DNA from: Camelus ferus
Lineage: Eukaryota
DNA: 64,000 bases
Direction: 5' to 3'
NCBI RefSeq assembly: GCF_009834535.1
Contig: NC_045707.1
Span: forward strand, 58,592,001-58,656,000
Shown here: positions 52,886 through 64,000 of the stretch, one piece after another
Numbering within the stretch: position 1 is the stretch's first letter
Layout of the letters: each line of letters starts with the position of its first letter
Position numbers and translations under genes: made by a program
Notes under the pieces: generated by a model
Seen by the model: the letters and a program-made list of their open reading frames with translations, nothing else
Told to the model about the DNA's origin: nothing
The model's database searches: none

Positions 52886-55800
52886 AGACTGGACTCACCT
52901 GAAGGGATAGAGAGTGCACAAACAGAACTGATGACTTGTTAGGCTTTTAAAATTTCTGGTTTCTGTGACTTGATTTTTCCACATTCCACTACTTAAATTA
53001 TGATAAACTGTGTTCTCATTGCCATTTATAGCAGTAATTTTTTTAAACCAGTATATTTGTTGTCCCATGGGCATTTCCTTTTCTCAAGTTTAGAAAACAC
53101 CCACCTGGAACTTGAGTTAATTTTAGATTTCAAAGTGGAAGATTCATGAATGATCGTCACAGAGAAGTGACTCCTAAGATAAGCCCAAGCCAAACTGACC
53201 ACAATTAGAGACACTAGTCCAATCTCCTTCTGAACTAGTTTTGCAGATAATATAATGTAGAAGCTACCCTCTATTCAAGAGTTTTTATATTCCATATACT
53301 GTCCTATGTACCTTTATATGCACGGTTTAAATCCTCATTAATAAAGTTTAATCCTCATTGATACTCCAGTACTACGTAGTTAAGATTATGCTCTTAATTT
53401 TCTATAAATGGAAACTAAGGCTTGGAGATTCACTGATATCAAGGCTCTTGCTCTTTGTATGATGACTGTAGAGAGAGCAAATTGTCCAGGGTGAGGTCAG
53501 ACTCTGACACTCTTGATTTTGTTACAAAGAGTACCAAGCCCTGAACACGATGGAGGACACTGACATGATACAAAATTTGGAAAGTCACTTCAGGCCACAG
53601 CTAAATGGGATAGAAAAGTTTTTTGATTTTGGTGGTGCAGGCAGATACAAGGCTATTTCCACCCTGGAAAAGTAAAACAGGATTCTTGCTAGTTTACAAT
53701 GAAAGCCTACTGGAAGGTTAGCCCATGATAATTCCTTGGGAGACAAGACTCTCAAAGTAAAATGAACCAGGCTGTGAAGAGGATTAAGAAGTATTCTAGT
53801 GTTCCCAGTGCTGTGTGAGCAGTTGTCATGACTACTCCGGTGCATGTGTGTTGGATGGAAAGGATCACTTCCTGGTACTGTCTAGCTCTGTCACTTGTAA
53901 GTGGAACTGTGCTGTCTGGGCCATGGATGCTTGGGGCCTGGGTGTTCTTGGAAAGAGTCCTCAGTCAGTCAGAAGCCCCTTTCCTAATTCCAAGGTGGCC
54001 TGAGGGGATGGTGAAGCCATGCCTGCCTGGCTGGTGGAGAAAAGAGGAAGTGTCTTACTATGGAATGTCAGGGAAGAGATTCATGTCCAGCGGCCTTGTC
54101 TCTGTTCCCTGTATCATCAAGGCAGTATTTTGTCGGTTGTTGGATGCATTATCCTCGTTAACAGGTGTTATTGACTCTGCTTTTCCATTTGCTTTTGGGA
54201 TTCAGGGGAAATAACTTTGGTGCCGTGTCTATTGCATAGTTGCAGTAATAAATAGCATACTTTATTGATAAAAACGGAAAAGTAATTTGGCTTATAGTAA
54301 AATAAGTGAGCTAATTTTGGAGGAAATGGTAGGTCAAATAAGTGATGATGGATGTGCCGTTAACAGAAGCCTATGGTAGTATGTTTTAGCTTCTATAATA
54401 CCCTCGTAAAACTCCCATTTGCAATATTTCAGGAAATCTACTAGCAATGCACAAAGGAACGCTTCTCCTAATTTGTTTTCTGGCAGTGTGTTAACATTTT
54501 ACATCCTGAAACCAGACTTTAAGCTTTTGATTTTAGTGAGATCTGTAACCTAAGTTAGCATAGTCTTTGGACAGTTAACCATGGGTGTGTAGTCAGTTTC
54601 CTGTGTAACGAAGTCTTATTAACCACACTTCTAAGGAAGAAAGTAGAGGAGCATCTCCCAAAGTTGCTTGAGCTGAATTCTCTTCCATTTGATCAGACTT
54701 TGTGATTTTTAATGAAAAATATTTTATTTTTAAGGACTGTGAGGATGGCTGCTTGATCTGATTCTGTGTTTTCCAACTAATACTCAAGATAAAATGTGAC
54801 TAGGTTCTGGGTAAAACATGACTTACATCTGTAGCAGTCCCAACATTTTCTTTGATTTTCTTCTTTGAGCACAGCAACCCATCAGGTCTGAGCACCCAGC
54901 ACTGATGACTCAGTGTTCCCAATAAAAATGACAGTTGAGCTCAGAATATTAAATCCTTTTCCCTCATGGGCTGAAGAAAGACAAAACTTCAGTATAACCA
55001 AGTGAGTGAGAATTTAAGCTAATAAAAGCTGGTAGTGGTAAATTTACTTGTGGTTTGCCTAAAAGAGGGCTTAATAAGTTGTACCAAACACAGACAAGCA
55101 CCACAAAAGACAACAATATAAAATTCTAAAGATATTTTAATTAAATTACTTTTGAGGTAATGTGTTATGTGTATGTAAGTGATGATTACTAGCACCATTG
55201 TTCCTATGGTAACAGTTCTCCTAGCAACATGAAAAGATCTTAATAGGATCTGCTCTTAAGAATCCATTTTTGGAGTATTATCAGAGAAAATTGTTTGTTA
55301 CTCTCTACACCTAATTATCCATCTTTTTTTTTTTAACGTAAGATTTTCTCAAAATCATAGACCCACAAGGTTATATGAAAACAATCTCAGGCTTAAAACT
55401 TTATTTCTGCTTCTCACTTGTCCAAGGACAACTTGAGTTTGACCTCTTGTCTTAAAATGCACTTGAGGCAGAGGAATATATCCTACCATGCCTGTTTCCG
55501 TTTTCTGTAAGCCAAGGTGATAGTCCTCACGCATTCTGTGGCTGACACAAATCAAATAAATTATTCTCTGATTCAGAACCTGGACCTTGGACTCATAACA
55601 CAGGCTATATTCCACAATAAGTGATAAAACTCTGAAAAGAATTCTGGTTCTCAAGTGATTAAAACAGTGACAGTCATTTTATTCTGCTGCTCAAAAGACA
55701 AATGAAAGTTCCTATGCAATTGTGATCTGCTTATAGTGTCTTATTTCTCCTCATTTTACTAATGTTCACATTTGATTGATGAAATTTGTCTCCATCTCTA

Positions 55801-57719
55801 AGCATTTTGCCAAATGGGAACATTCTATTTCATCTGTCTTCGTAAGTGACTGCTTCCTGGCATGTGAGATTAATAAAAAGTCTTATTGCTCAGTCTCTCC
55901 TGGTTGGTCTACATGCAGGTCGAGTTGTTTTTCTTTATTCTGGTCGCATTTTCAGTATACTTAACCCAGCTAGCCATGTATTTTTTTTTTTCCATCTTAA
56001 GTACCTTCTAGAAAATGTTCATATTTAAACCCAATCATAAAAAGATGAACAATGTAAATTACTAAGTAGTAAGCAAAGGAGGGTCTTAACTTCTCAATTA
56101 TTTTTAGTAGTAACTTCAGACTATTAGAAATGAAGGTGAGATGCTTACCTGGCCCCGCAGAGGGTATGGAATTCTGCAGAGGTGCTGTGTCGTGAGTGAG
56201 GTGCGGGTCCCCAGGTGGAGCACTGACCTGCACTGCCTGCGTGTTAATCACTCAGCAGTGATCTTGGCATTTCCCTTCGTGAGACACCAAGCCAGGCACG
56301 GCCACACAGGATTACTGCCTGGTGCCTGGAACGTGCTTCCTCTCTGGTTCTCAGCAATTCTGCTCAGGCCTCACATGACACAGCTACTCAAAGCACATTC
56401 AAGGGCATTCCCTAAGAAACAGTATGCTAATTCTGTATCTCGAACTGCTGCTAGCTGAGCTGTGTTCTGATGTACCCTGGGTGCATCCTAAAGAAGGAAA
56501 CCTAAGTCAATGACATATGCTGTTTAACCTAATGAATTATGCATCCTAATGCAATGTGTTCTTATGTCCCCATCATGCTCCTTAGAAAGTATGCGATCAA
56601 TGAACTATAAAAAAAAATCATAAAAGCATTCAAAGCAATGAAAATGACATTTTGAGCCCACTTTAATTATGTTAAATAAAATATTTCTAAATAGCAGTTT
56701 GTATTTTTTAAAGGCTTTTTTTTTAAGAGCTGTTTCAGGTTCACATGTACTTTTTTTTTTTTAATAGATAAAATCTACCCTTCTACATTCAAATAATCAT
56801 TACTAATCTAAATATTTTCCAACATTGCTCCCATCACTCAATGATTTCTTTTTCTTTGACTATACTAGAGCATTAGTTTTTCTTGTCTTGTGCTGTGAAA
56901 TGCAAAATAACTTAACTAGCATATATTAGTCATGTTTTTCATGTTAACGTATATAACCACAATAGTAATAATGGAGGTAAACATTAATGGAAGTAAAATA
57001 GCTTACTTTAGTTAAGCCATCCATCCTAGCATGTCTAATATACACATTATCTCATGCATCTAAATAATAAATGTAAGAAACAGTGAAGATAGAAATATTT
57101 CTTTGCACATTTTCAGAGGAGTACATTTTTTGAAGAAGTAAGGAATGCATAGGGTGTCACAGGATACTAAAATATAAAATTCCTCAGGCCTAAATTAGGA
57201 ATAAAATGAAGCACAAAGAATAGATCAATGTAGCAACGCACAGACTGAACCTGCTTACATAGAGCTGGAGGAGAAGGGGAGATGAGGATGAATTAACACC
57301 ATAAGGAGGGGTGACATCAATATTTGCTACTGGATGAAAAATATGATAGCACTTTGATATGTGTAAGGAAACAGATGGCCTACATGCTTGTTTGTACAGA
57401 TAAAAATAGGCTTTATTTTGGCAAGAGGGGAAAGGCTGGCCTACTTTTTTCAAGATGAACACTTAGGAAGTTGACTCCCTTGACCCTGACTGCCAGTTCA
57501 TTCTGATGAAGGCAGGCTGAGCTCAGAATGTACTAACGTCAAGGAACCCTGTGGGATTTTTTTTGAGGGCAGTAAAGATAGTTGTCACAGTGGTGCTGGC
57601 ATCATGTATACCTACAGACTTCTCCTCCTAGGATAACCAGAATTTCAAATCCTAGAGGAGTCAGTGCATCTTAGATGCAAATCAGCGACGCCCCAGCTTT
57701 GCCCGGGTCAAGTGGCAGC

Positions 57720-57840
57720 CTGGAAAATAACACTTACTTAGCCCCATCCCCAACGAGTATGATTCAGGAGTAAATCTAGGAAGATCCCCAGTAATTTGCA
57801 TTTGGTAAGCATTCCAGTTGACTCTGATGCATGGTAATGA
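57720..57840. mobile_element. MER5-family DNA transposon remnant
   Basis: gccccatcccca...tgattcag...aatttgcattt..taagcattccag.tgactctgatgca. Confidence 0.6.
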
Positions 57841-59352
57841 AGCTCTCAGTCTCGTCTAAATCAGGGAGGCCTGGGTTCAAACTCATTCACTCCTAGAACT
57901 CGGCAGGCACTTAACTTCGCATATAGTAGGAACTAAATATATTTCAGAGGAATTCATCTATTATCTTCAGACCCAACTGCATATTGAGACACCTAGTAAA
58001 AAAAAAAAGTACTAAATCTTTATAAAGCTGTGTTGCTAGCAAGTGGTTTTTGGAAATAGCCAAATTGTAGAGGCAGATGTACTGTGAAGGAAACCTGATT
58101 GTTTTCCATACCAGAAGGAGATGTGGGCTTCCTGGGGAGAGTTTGCAGAACATGTAGAGTCGAAAGTCTGGAAATGTTCCCTGAACGGAAGCACACAGGT
58201 TATTAGCCTATGTTCCCTTGGACGGGTGTCGTAGGCCACCTGTTTTGAAAGACCGTGGCATAGCAAGACCTTGGCTCTATTTTTCATGGTAGCAGGGCCT
58301 TCCTGAGATGAAATGAGTCTCTGGCAGCTGCGCGCCCCTCAGGGGAGCCAGGGGCAAGAGGAAAGCCATATGCTGCCTACCTGCTCCCACGGCGGGGAGC
58401 CACCACGCTTCCATTCCTTTCAGCACACTGGTGCAATAAATCAGGGACTTTCTGTAGGTTCATGTGGGCTTTTCCTGCCCATCCACAGCCCACCTGAACT
58501 GCTGCACACATGCATGACCACCCTCACTGCAGACATGTTTTGTGCATAATTCTGTGCAGACTGGAACACATAATCACTCTGGCTTGGTTAATCTGTTTAC
58601 TGGGCTGCCTGCTGGAGATGCAGTTCTTTCCCCTGGGGTAAACCAGAAGGCAATCCATCTTGTCTCCTCAAGAGAACCATTCAAAACCAAATCACATCAA
58701 GTACTCACTTGGCCTACAATTGGCATTTCGTAGAGGCTAACTTAAATATTTGGGAAGAGGTGCAATGCGAAATAAGAGGAAAATATTACAGAAAGAGAAT
58801 GTACCTGTTCTGATTTCTCAAAAGCCCTATTAAAATCAACTCAAAGCCTACAAATGCCGCGTACTTAGATAACTTAATCATCAAGGGGTTTTCTTTTTCC
58901 AAGTTTATTAGAAAGAAAAATAACCATGGGGGGTACCCTGTTCTATTCATAGGCCTAAGAGAAGCCAGGAATGTCTTTTGTGCCTCTCCCAATCGTCATA
59001 GAAGCATGTCATGGTCAGAAATGATTCTTGGATGAGGAAATGAAAGCAGAATGGCAGAGACAGGTCTGTGGCCTTTTGAAGCTTGGCAAGTTCTAGAACA
59101 GACAGACATTCATCACTAGATCTCTGGGACCCTCTGGACGCTCCCATTCTTACTGCCTCAGGTTCTCAGCTCTGGCTTTAGTCTTTATTCCTATCTCTAA
59201 TTTCAAGCCTTAAACTTATCAGCCTCAAACTGGGAAAAGGAATGAGGCTGTGAGCTACCTCATGAAAGAGTCCCCGGACTAAGGACACAGATGAGCTGAC
59301 TGTTCTCTCTGGGGAGAGGCTATGAAACGTCCCGAGGTCACTCTGGTGAGAG

Positions 59353-59589
59353 CAGGGCTGGGCTGAGCCTTATGGGAGCCCGAGAGGCAAAGGGAAAACC
59401 AGTAATACTGATTTTGCCTTATTTCGTATTTTGATATTTTGTTCCTCATGGAATTTCTGAGAAATCCTCATTGAAAAAAGATTGCATTTAAATACGATTT
59501 ACTTATGACTGAGTTTTTGGTTTTTTTTTTTTTTTGCATCATTTTAAATTTTGTGCATGAAGCAAGGGCCTCATTCTGGTCCCATCCTG
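59353..59589 (-). mobile_element. hAT-Tip100 MITE (Arthur1A/MER69A-like)
   Basis: gaggcaaagggaaaaccagtaatactgat...tttgatattttgttc.tcatgga...actgagtttttgg...ttaaattttgtgc; CAG...CTG ends; flanks ggtgagag / agtgaaag (6/8 match, decayed 8-bp hAT TSD). Confidence 0.75.
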
Positions 59590-59799
59590 AGTGAAAGCCT
59601 CGCAAAATATAATGTATTTAACAGAGATACACGTAGTACGTATAGAGAGGTGACAAGGTATATGGTAAAGAGTAATGTATATTTACACATTATACTTTAT
59701 AGTATGCGTGTGCTTTATAGTATGTGATAAAACTACAATGTATTTAACAGAAATGTACATAGTGTACAATATATACAAAATGAAAAAAATGGGGGGCAA

Positions 59800-60075
59800 C
59801 GCACACTTACTGAGAGCCTACTACACGTGTGGCAGGCATCGCTTGTGTGATATATACATCTATTTTCATGTATCTATTGCCTGATACATAGCATTATATA
59901 TTATATATTATATATATATCAATATATCAACAAATGTGGTGTATAAAATACACACACATATTCTCATTTAATCCGTGGATTTATTCTACATGTTAACAAT
60001 GAGGAAAGGATAGCTTGGAGAAGTTAAGTAACTTGCCCAAAGTTGCAGATCTATGATTAAAAGGAAGAAGTGAAT
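59800..60075 (-). mobile_element. MIR with internal (TA)-rich expansion
   Basis: cacttactgagagcctacta...ctcatttaatcc...gagaagttaagtaacttgcccaaagtt. Confidence 0.85.
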
Positions 60076-60915
60076 GAAAGTCAGAGGAGTCTGTTTATAA
60101 ATTCGAGAGTAAGCTGTAAATACTAAGAGACTGCTAGTTAGTGGTGTTACTGCACTTGGGAAATACCACAAAACATTATTCAAGGCTTTATTAAAGAGCA
60201 ATAATGTTTATGTGTCTTTCATTGAGATTGAAAATGTACATTTGATGCTAAGACTGTCTAAGTTTCTAGCAGTACCTTTAAAAAAAAGTTTTTGGCTTCA
60301 GTTGATTTCTCAAGCTCTTAGTTTGAATCAGTGGTTTTGGTAGTTCTTTTTGTGTACCCCAGTAATATTTAGTGAGCTATGAAATGTAAGTCAAATATTT
60401 AAATGTCAGAGAGCTTCAGAGGCAAAGTGTTTCTCTATCAGTCAGTCCTAGTGAAAGCTGTATGGGTTAGAGGCAAGATCAGGGCAGTCGATATTAATTA
60501 TTGATGGCGCTCTTGTCGTAGTGAAATAAATATCTATGAATGACATGATGGTACAATCAGTACGTGTTGGGGCTTGAGAAAGGCCATGAACATCTACAAT
60601 GGTATTTTTATGCATTCCTGCTTGCAGCGTGGGATAAATATCTGCTAACAACATGAAGACAAAGAGATCTGTGCAGGAATAAACAACGAAATATCTAGAG
60701 TCAATACAGAAGCAGGATCATATACGTAAATTCCAGTGCTGGGAAGGTTCAGCTGTGCTAACGAAGGGTTGATATGATGCTGAATACATAAAGAAACAAC
60801 CTAAGATTAAAGGGTAGGTGTTAAAATGTTCATGACGTACAAGCCAGAAACTAAACCGACTCAGATCTTATTTTTACCCTAATAGTTTAATTTTCAATGT
60901 TTTCAAAGGTGTCTT

Positions 60916-61170
60916 AGAGGCAGCGTGGTGATAAGGTAGAAATCTAGTGTTAGGATGCAGGCAGCCTTGGTTTTGGAAGTAGCTTTTGTTAAACACTCAA
61001 GAGTGTTATTTAACTTATCTGAGCCCCACTGGTCTTGTGTAATTGTGGGTAATAATAGCTACTTTATGGGATGACCGTGGATATTCATGATACAATGGTT
61101 ATAAAATGTTCAATACAAAATATAATCCAAGTGTATTACGTGAAACGTACCAGTCATTCAATAAATAGTA
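60916..61170 (+). mobile_element. MIR SINE
   Basis: agaggcagcgtggtg head; ttatttaacttatctgagcc...gggtaataatagctac...attcaataaatagtag. Confidence 0.75.
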
Positions 61171-62269
61171 GGTCTGCCTTGTTCCTGATGCTTTTGGAGG
61201 CAAAGTACTACTACTTTGGAACGAGTATTTAACATGACCTGCAGAAATGACTTGCCATACCTTGCATACAGGGAATAATGAAAATAATTGATAATTTTTC
61301 TTGTTTCCCAAATAAGTAATTAACTGAAGAATTAAAACGGAGAGAAAAAAATCAATTTTAATATCTAGAGGGCGCTCATATTTAAAATTGATCAGTTGCC
61401 ATTATAATTAATGACAAACACAAGAAATAAGATTTTTTCCCCCTCTAAATAGAAGAGATTTACCATTTACACGGAATAACCTCATTTAATAGACACTTTT
61501 TATTTAACAAAACCAATAAATTATTGGCCAAGAAGAATTATTTAAGAAAGAAGTGCATTAGAGAACACGTTAAAAGTGAAAATTAATGGAGATACACTAG
61601 CCACATGCAATAATTGTCATTATTACCGTGTTACTCTCAGAAGCTGTGGAAAATAGGTTATACCTCAACTTAAAAGGAAAATAAAATTCAACTAAATTAT
61701 AACAGTTCCATACATATATATATTTAGCTTTTCTGCTTCTACTTCTCTTTTTAACCCCAACTCATTATACTCCTTTTCATCAGACTAATAGTCCTGTAAC
61801 AATACATCCGTTGTTTCATGTCTCTGATGGGTCAACTTGGCTTGTCTAAGTGGTTTGTTGTTTTTAACTCCTCATTTAAAGAGCAGTCCAAAAAATAATT
61901 TCACCAGTGTAGGTTTATTTTAGACTGGGTTGTATGGCGCTTGCATTTTGGAAGGTCAACGAGCATATGTTATCTCTTCGTGGTTGCATTTGGCTTATAA
62001 TACATTTCAGTGTCCATGTGATTTTGTTTCAATTTAAAAACTAGTTTGCATTTCTATGAAAAATAAACCAATCAAGAATTTTGGAGCTCCTGAATCATCT
62101 TTGAAGAATACTGGGATTTCTCAGAGCATACTTACGGAACTCTCTGGAGTAGATGGGCTCTGAGGAGCTTCAGCATGCTACTATTCTGTGATTTTTATGT
62201 TACCACATGCAGCTCCACATATATAAATCGTGCAGTATAAATGAGGGGCAGAGATCTGGACATACTGAA

Positions 62270-62458
62270 AGAATCACAAATCCAAAGAATTTAGAGTCAG
62301 AAGGACCTTAAAAGACCACCTCCCTCCCCTGGCTTCTTTGGAAATGAGGAAATTGAGGACCAGAGAGAAATGGAATGCTTTGTTCAGTCACTTAAAAAGT
62401 GAAAAGTAGTCTAGTGGGATTGCAGCTTACCTCTGGACTCCTGTCCAGTGCCCTTCCT
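62270..62458 (-). mobile_element. MIR3-like remnant
   Basis: gaatttagagtcagaaggaccttaaaagacc...atgaggaaattgaggaccagagag...actcctgtccagtgcccttcc. Confidence 0.75.
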
Positions 62459-62525
62459 GGGACTCAGCTGGATTAAACGTCATCAGCACAGTGCTTATTT
62501 GTTCTGACTTTGCCTTACCCATGTG

Positions 62526-62973
62526 TGTTACCAGCTATGACAGGACTGAGATTTTGCCCTACTTGTAGGGTAACAGGTTAGCCTTCTGCAAATTTACAGA
62601 TGCTGGCAGAAGACCTGAAACTCCCGCGCCAAAGACAAAGGACTTTTATTCGTGGCGCAGCAAACGGTGCGAGCTTCTTATTGGTGTCAGCTCCCCCTGA
62701 CATCCCAAGTACCGCGAGGGTTATGTGAAACGGCCTGGGTGGATGACCTACATATGGGATGTGTGTCGCAGCTGAGGAATCCTAAACTTATAAAATCTGA
62801 ATCTTTTATAACAGGGAGGCAAGCAAACCAGTCTGCCTCTTGCTCTAAATCTCTAGCTTCCAAAGCTGTCTGCCACACAAACGTTCTTGAAAAGACTGAG
62901 AATGAAGGCAGCTGGTTTGTATGGTCTCAAGAGGTACAGAAATGTGACACCCATGCGCTGTCTCAGAGCAACA
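62526..62973 (-). mobile_element. ERVL-type solo LTR (MER74/MER73/MER54-group-like)
   Basis: TG...CA ends; ctgagattttgccctacttg...aacaggttagcc...gatgctggcagaagac...agacaaaggacttttatt (AATAAA on minus) matches the recalled 3' end of this LTR group. Confidence 0.8.
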
Positions 62974-64000
62974 TGCTGATGAGTTTCCACTAGTTTAGTG
63001 ATGCAGGGGACAGTGTAATGCGTGAGATGACGGATGGTGTTCAGGTGATGGCTGCTCTTCCTAGAGAGAGTATGAGTTCCAGTCTGCATACTGCAAAGCC
63101 TGGTCTAGATCAAGCAATTCCTTTTAATTTTGTATTAGCACTGCTTCTAACTCTCAAAAGCATCCTACTTTAGTACTTACATGATATAGTCACCAGGTTC
63201 TAGTTCACTATGGAAAAAAAAAAACTGAATTTTTGAAAACATATTTTTTCCGAATCTTAAAAATTCTTCTTTGATGGCTCCTTCTGTATCCCCAGGAATT
63301 CTTGATGAATCTTAGCAAATACCTCATGTTTTTATGTACAAAGAAAAGACAAGTTTACTTGTTTATGTAAGGGTTTCTGAGAAAGATCTGCAAACTTTTC
63401 ATCAAAAAATGTTGCGCTGAGTTTTGTGTGTCTGTTAATTCTCCATCTGTCCATTTGCAGAAGTCTATACCCATTTGCAAAACAAAACATCTTGAAAATG
63501 TTTACAGTGTACTCATATTGAATCATCTTTGATAAGGCTTTACATCCCATCCAAAGCCCTGTGACTTAAATGGAATCTTACACATTTATACCTAAATTCA
63601 CTTATTAAAAGCCACTCCCTCTATCTGGTTATAGTATTTTGCTAATAGGTATCATTAAGTCTCTGGATCTAAACTGCAAAATTTAATCCAGAGATTTCCA
63701 ACCATTTTGTATTTTTAGCACACTTTCAAATACTAAATTTGTAGAAATTCATACTCAAAGTGGTGAATGAGGCAGTATATTTTATGATACAATTCCTCCC
63801 AGAGTACACAGGTGTTCCTAGGTGTCTTTAGAAAAGCATCCATGGTCACTACACTGCTCAGTTCCTTCAGCAGTGCCTCCTCCTCTTACTACAACTTTCA
63901 CCGACCTGACTGTGCTCTTACAGACCCGTGAGGGGATGTTTTATGGATCTGCTGAGTATTTGCCTTGATACGCATGTGTGCTTTTTCTCTCTTGCTTGTA

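Noticed and set aside
56143..56245. Minus-strand donor CAG|gtaagc in a GC-richer patch
   Set aside because: No convincing upstream acceptor; isolated donors are common by chance.
60448..60860. Possible viral or NUMT insert
   Set aside because: No sustained frame or recognisable mitochondrial or viral similarity.

Overview
Mammalian, AT-rich, mostly non-coding DNA (intergenic or deep intronic). A tRNA-Ala-derived SINE matching my recollection of the camelid Vic-1 family (38701-38888) and cetartiodactyl-type L1 3' ends point to a camelid (camel/alpaca/llama) genome. I cannot support any protein-coding gene; the supplied ORFs look like chance ORFs, some overlapping L1/L2/LTR/MER remnants. The window holds many ancient repeats (MIR, L2, L1MC4-like, MER5, MER20, MER104, Arthur1/MER69-like, two ERVL-type solo LTRs), several younger L1/SINE insertions (some with clean target-site duplications), and multi-kb repeat-poor blocks that may contain enhancers. 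The most unusual items are a ~58-bp L1 5'-UTR-start fragment embedded in an L1 ORF2 end between direct repeats, a poly(A)-only insertion with an 18-bp TSD, a compound palindrome carrying CCAAT/TATA motifs, and a few exon-like segments suggesting a possible spliced non-coding transcript. I found no convincing new multi-gene system. Repeat family names come from remembered consensus sequences, not a search, and old-repeat boundaries are approximate.
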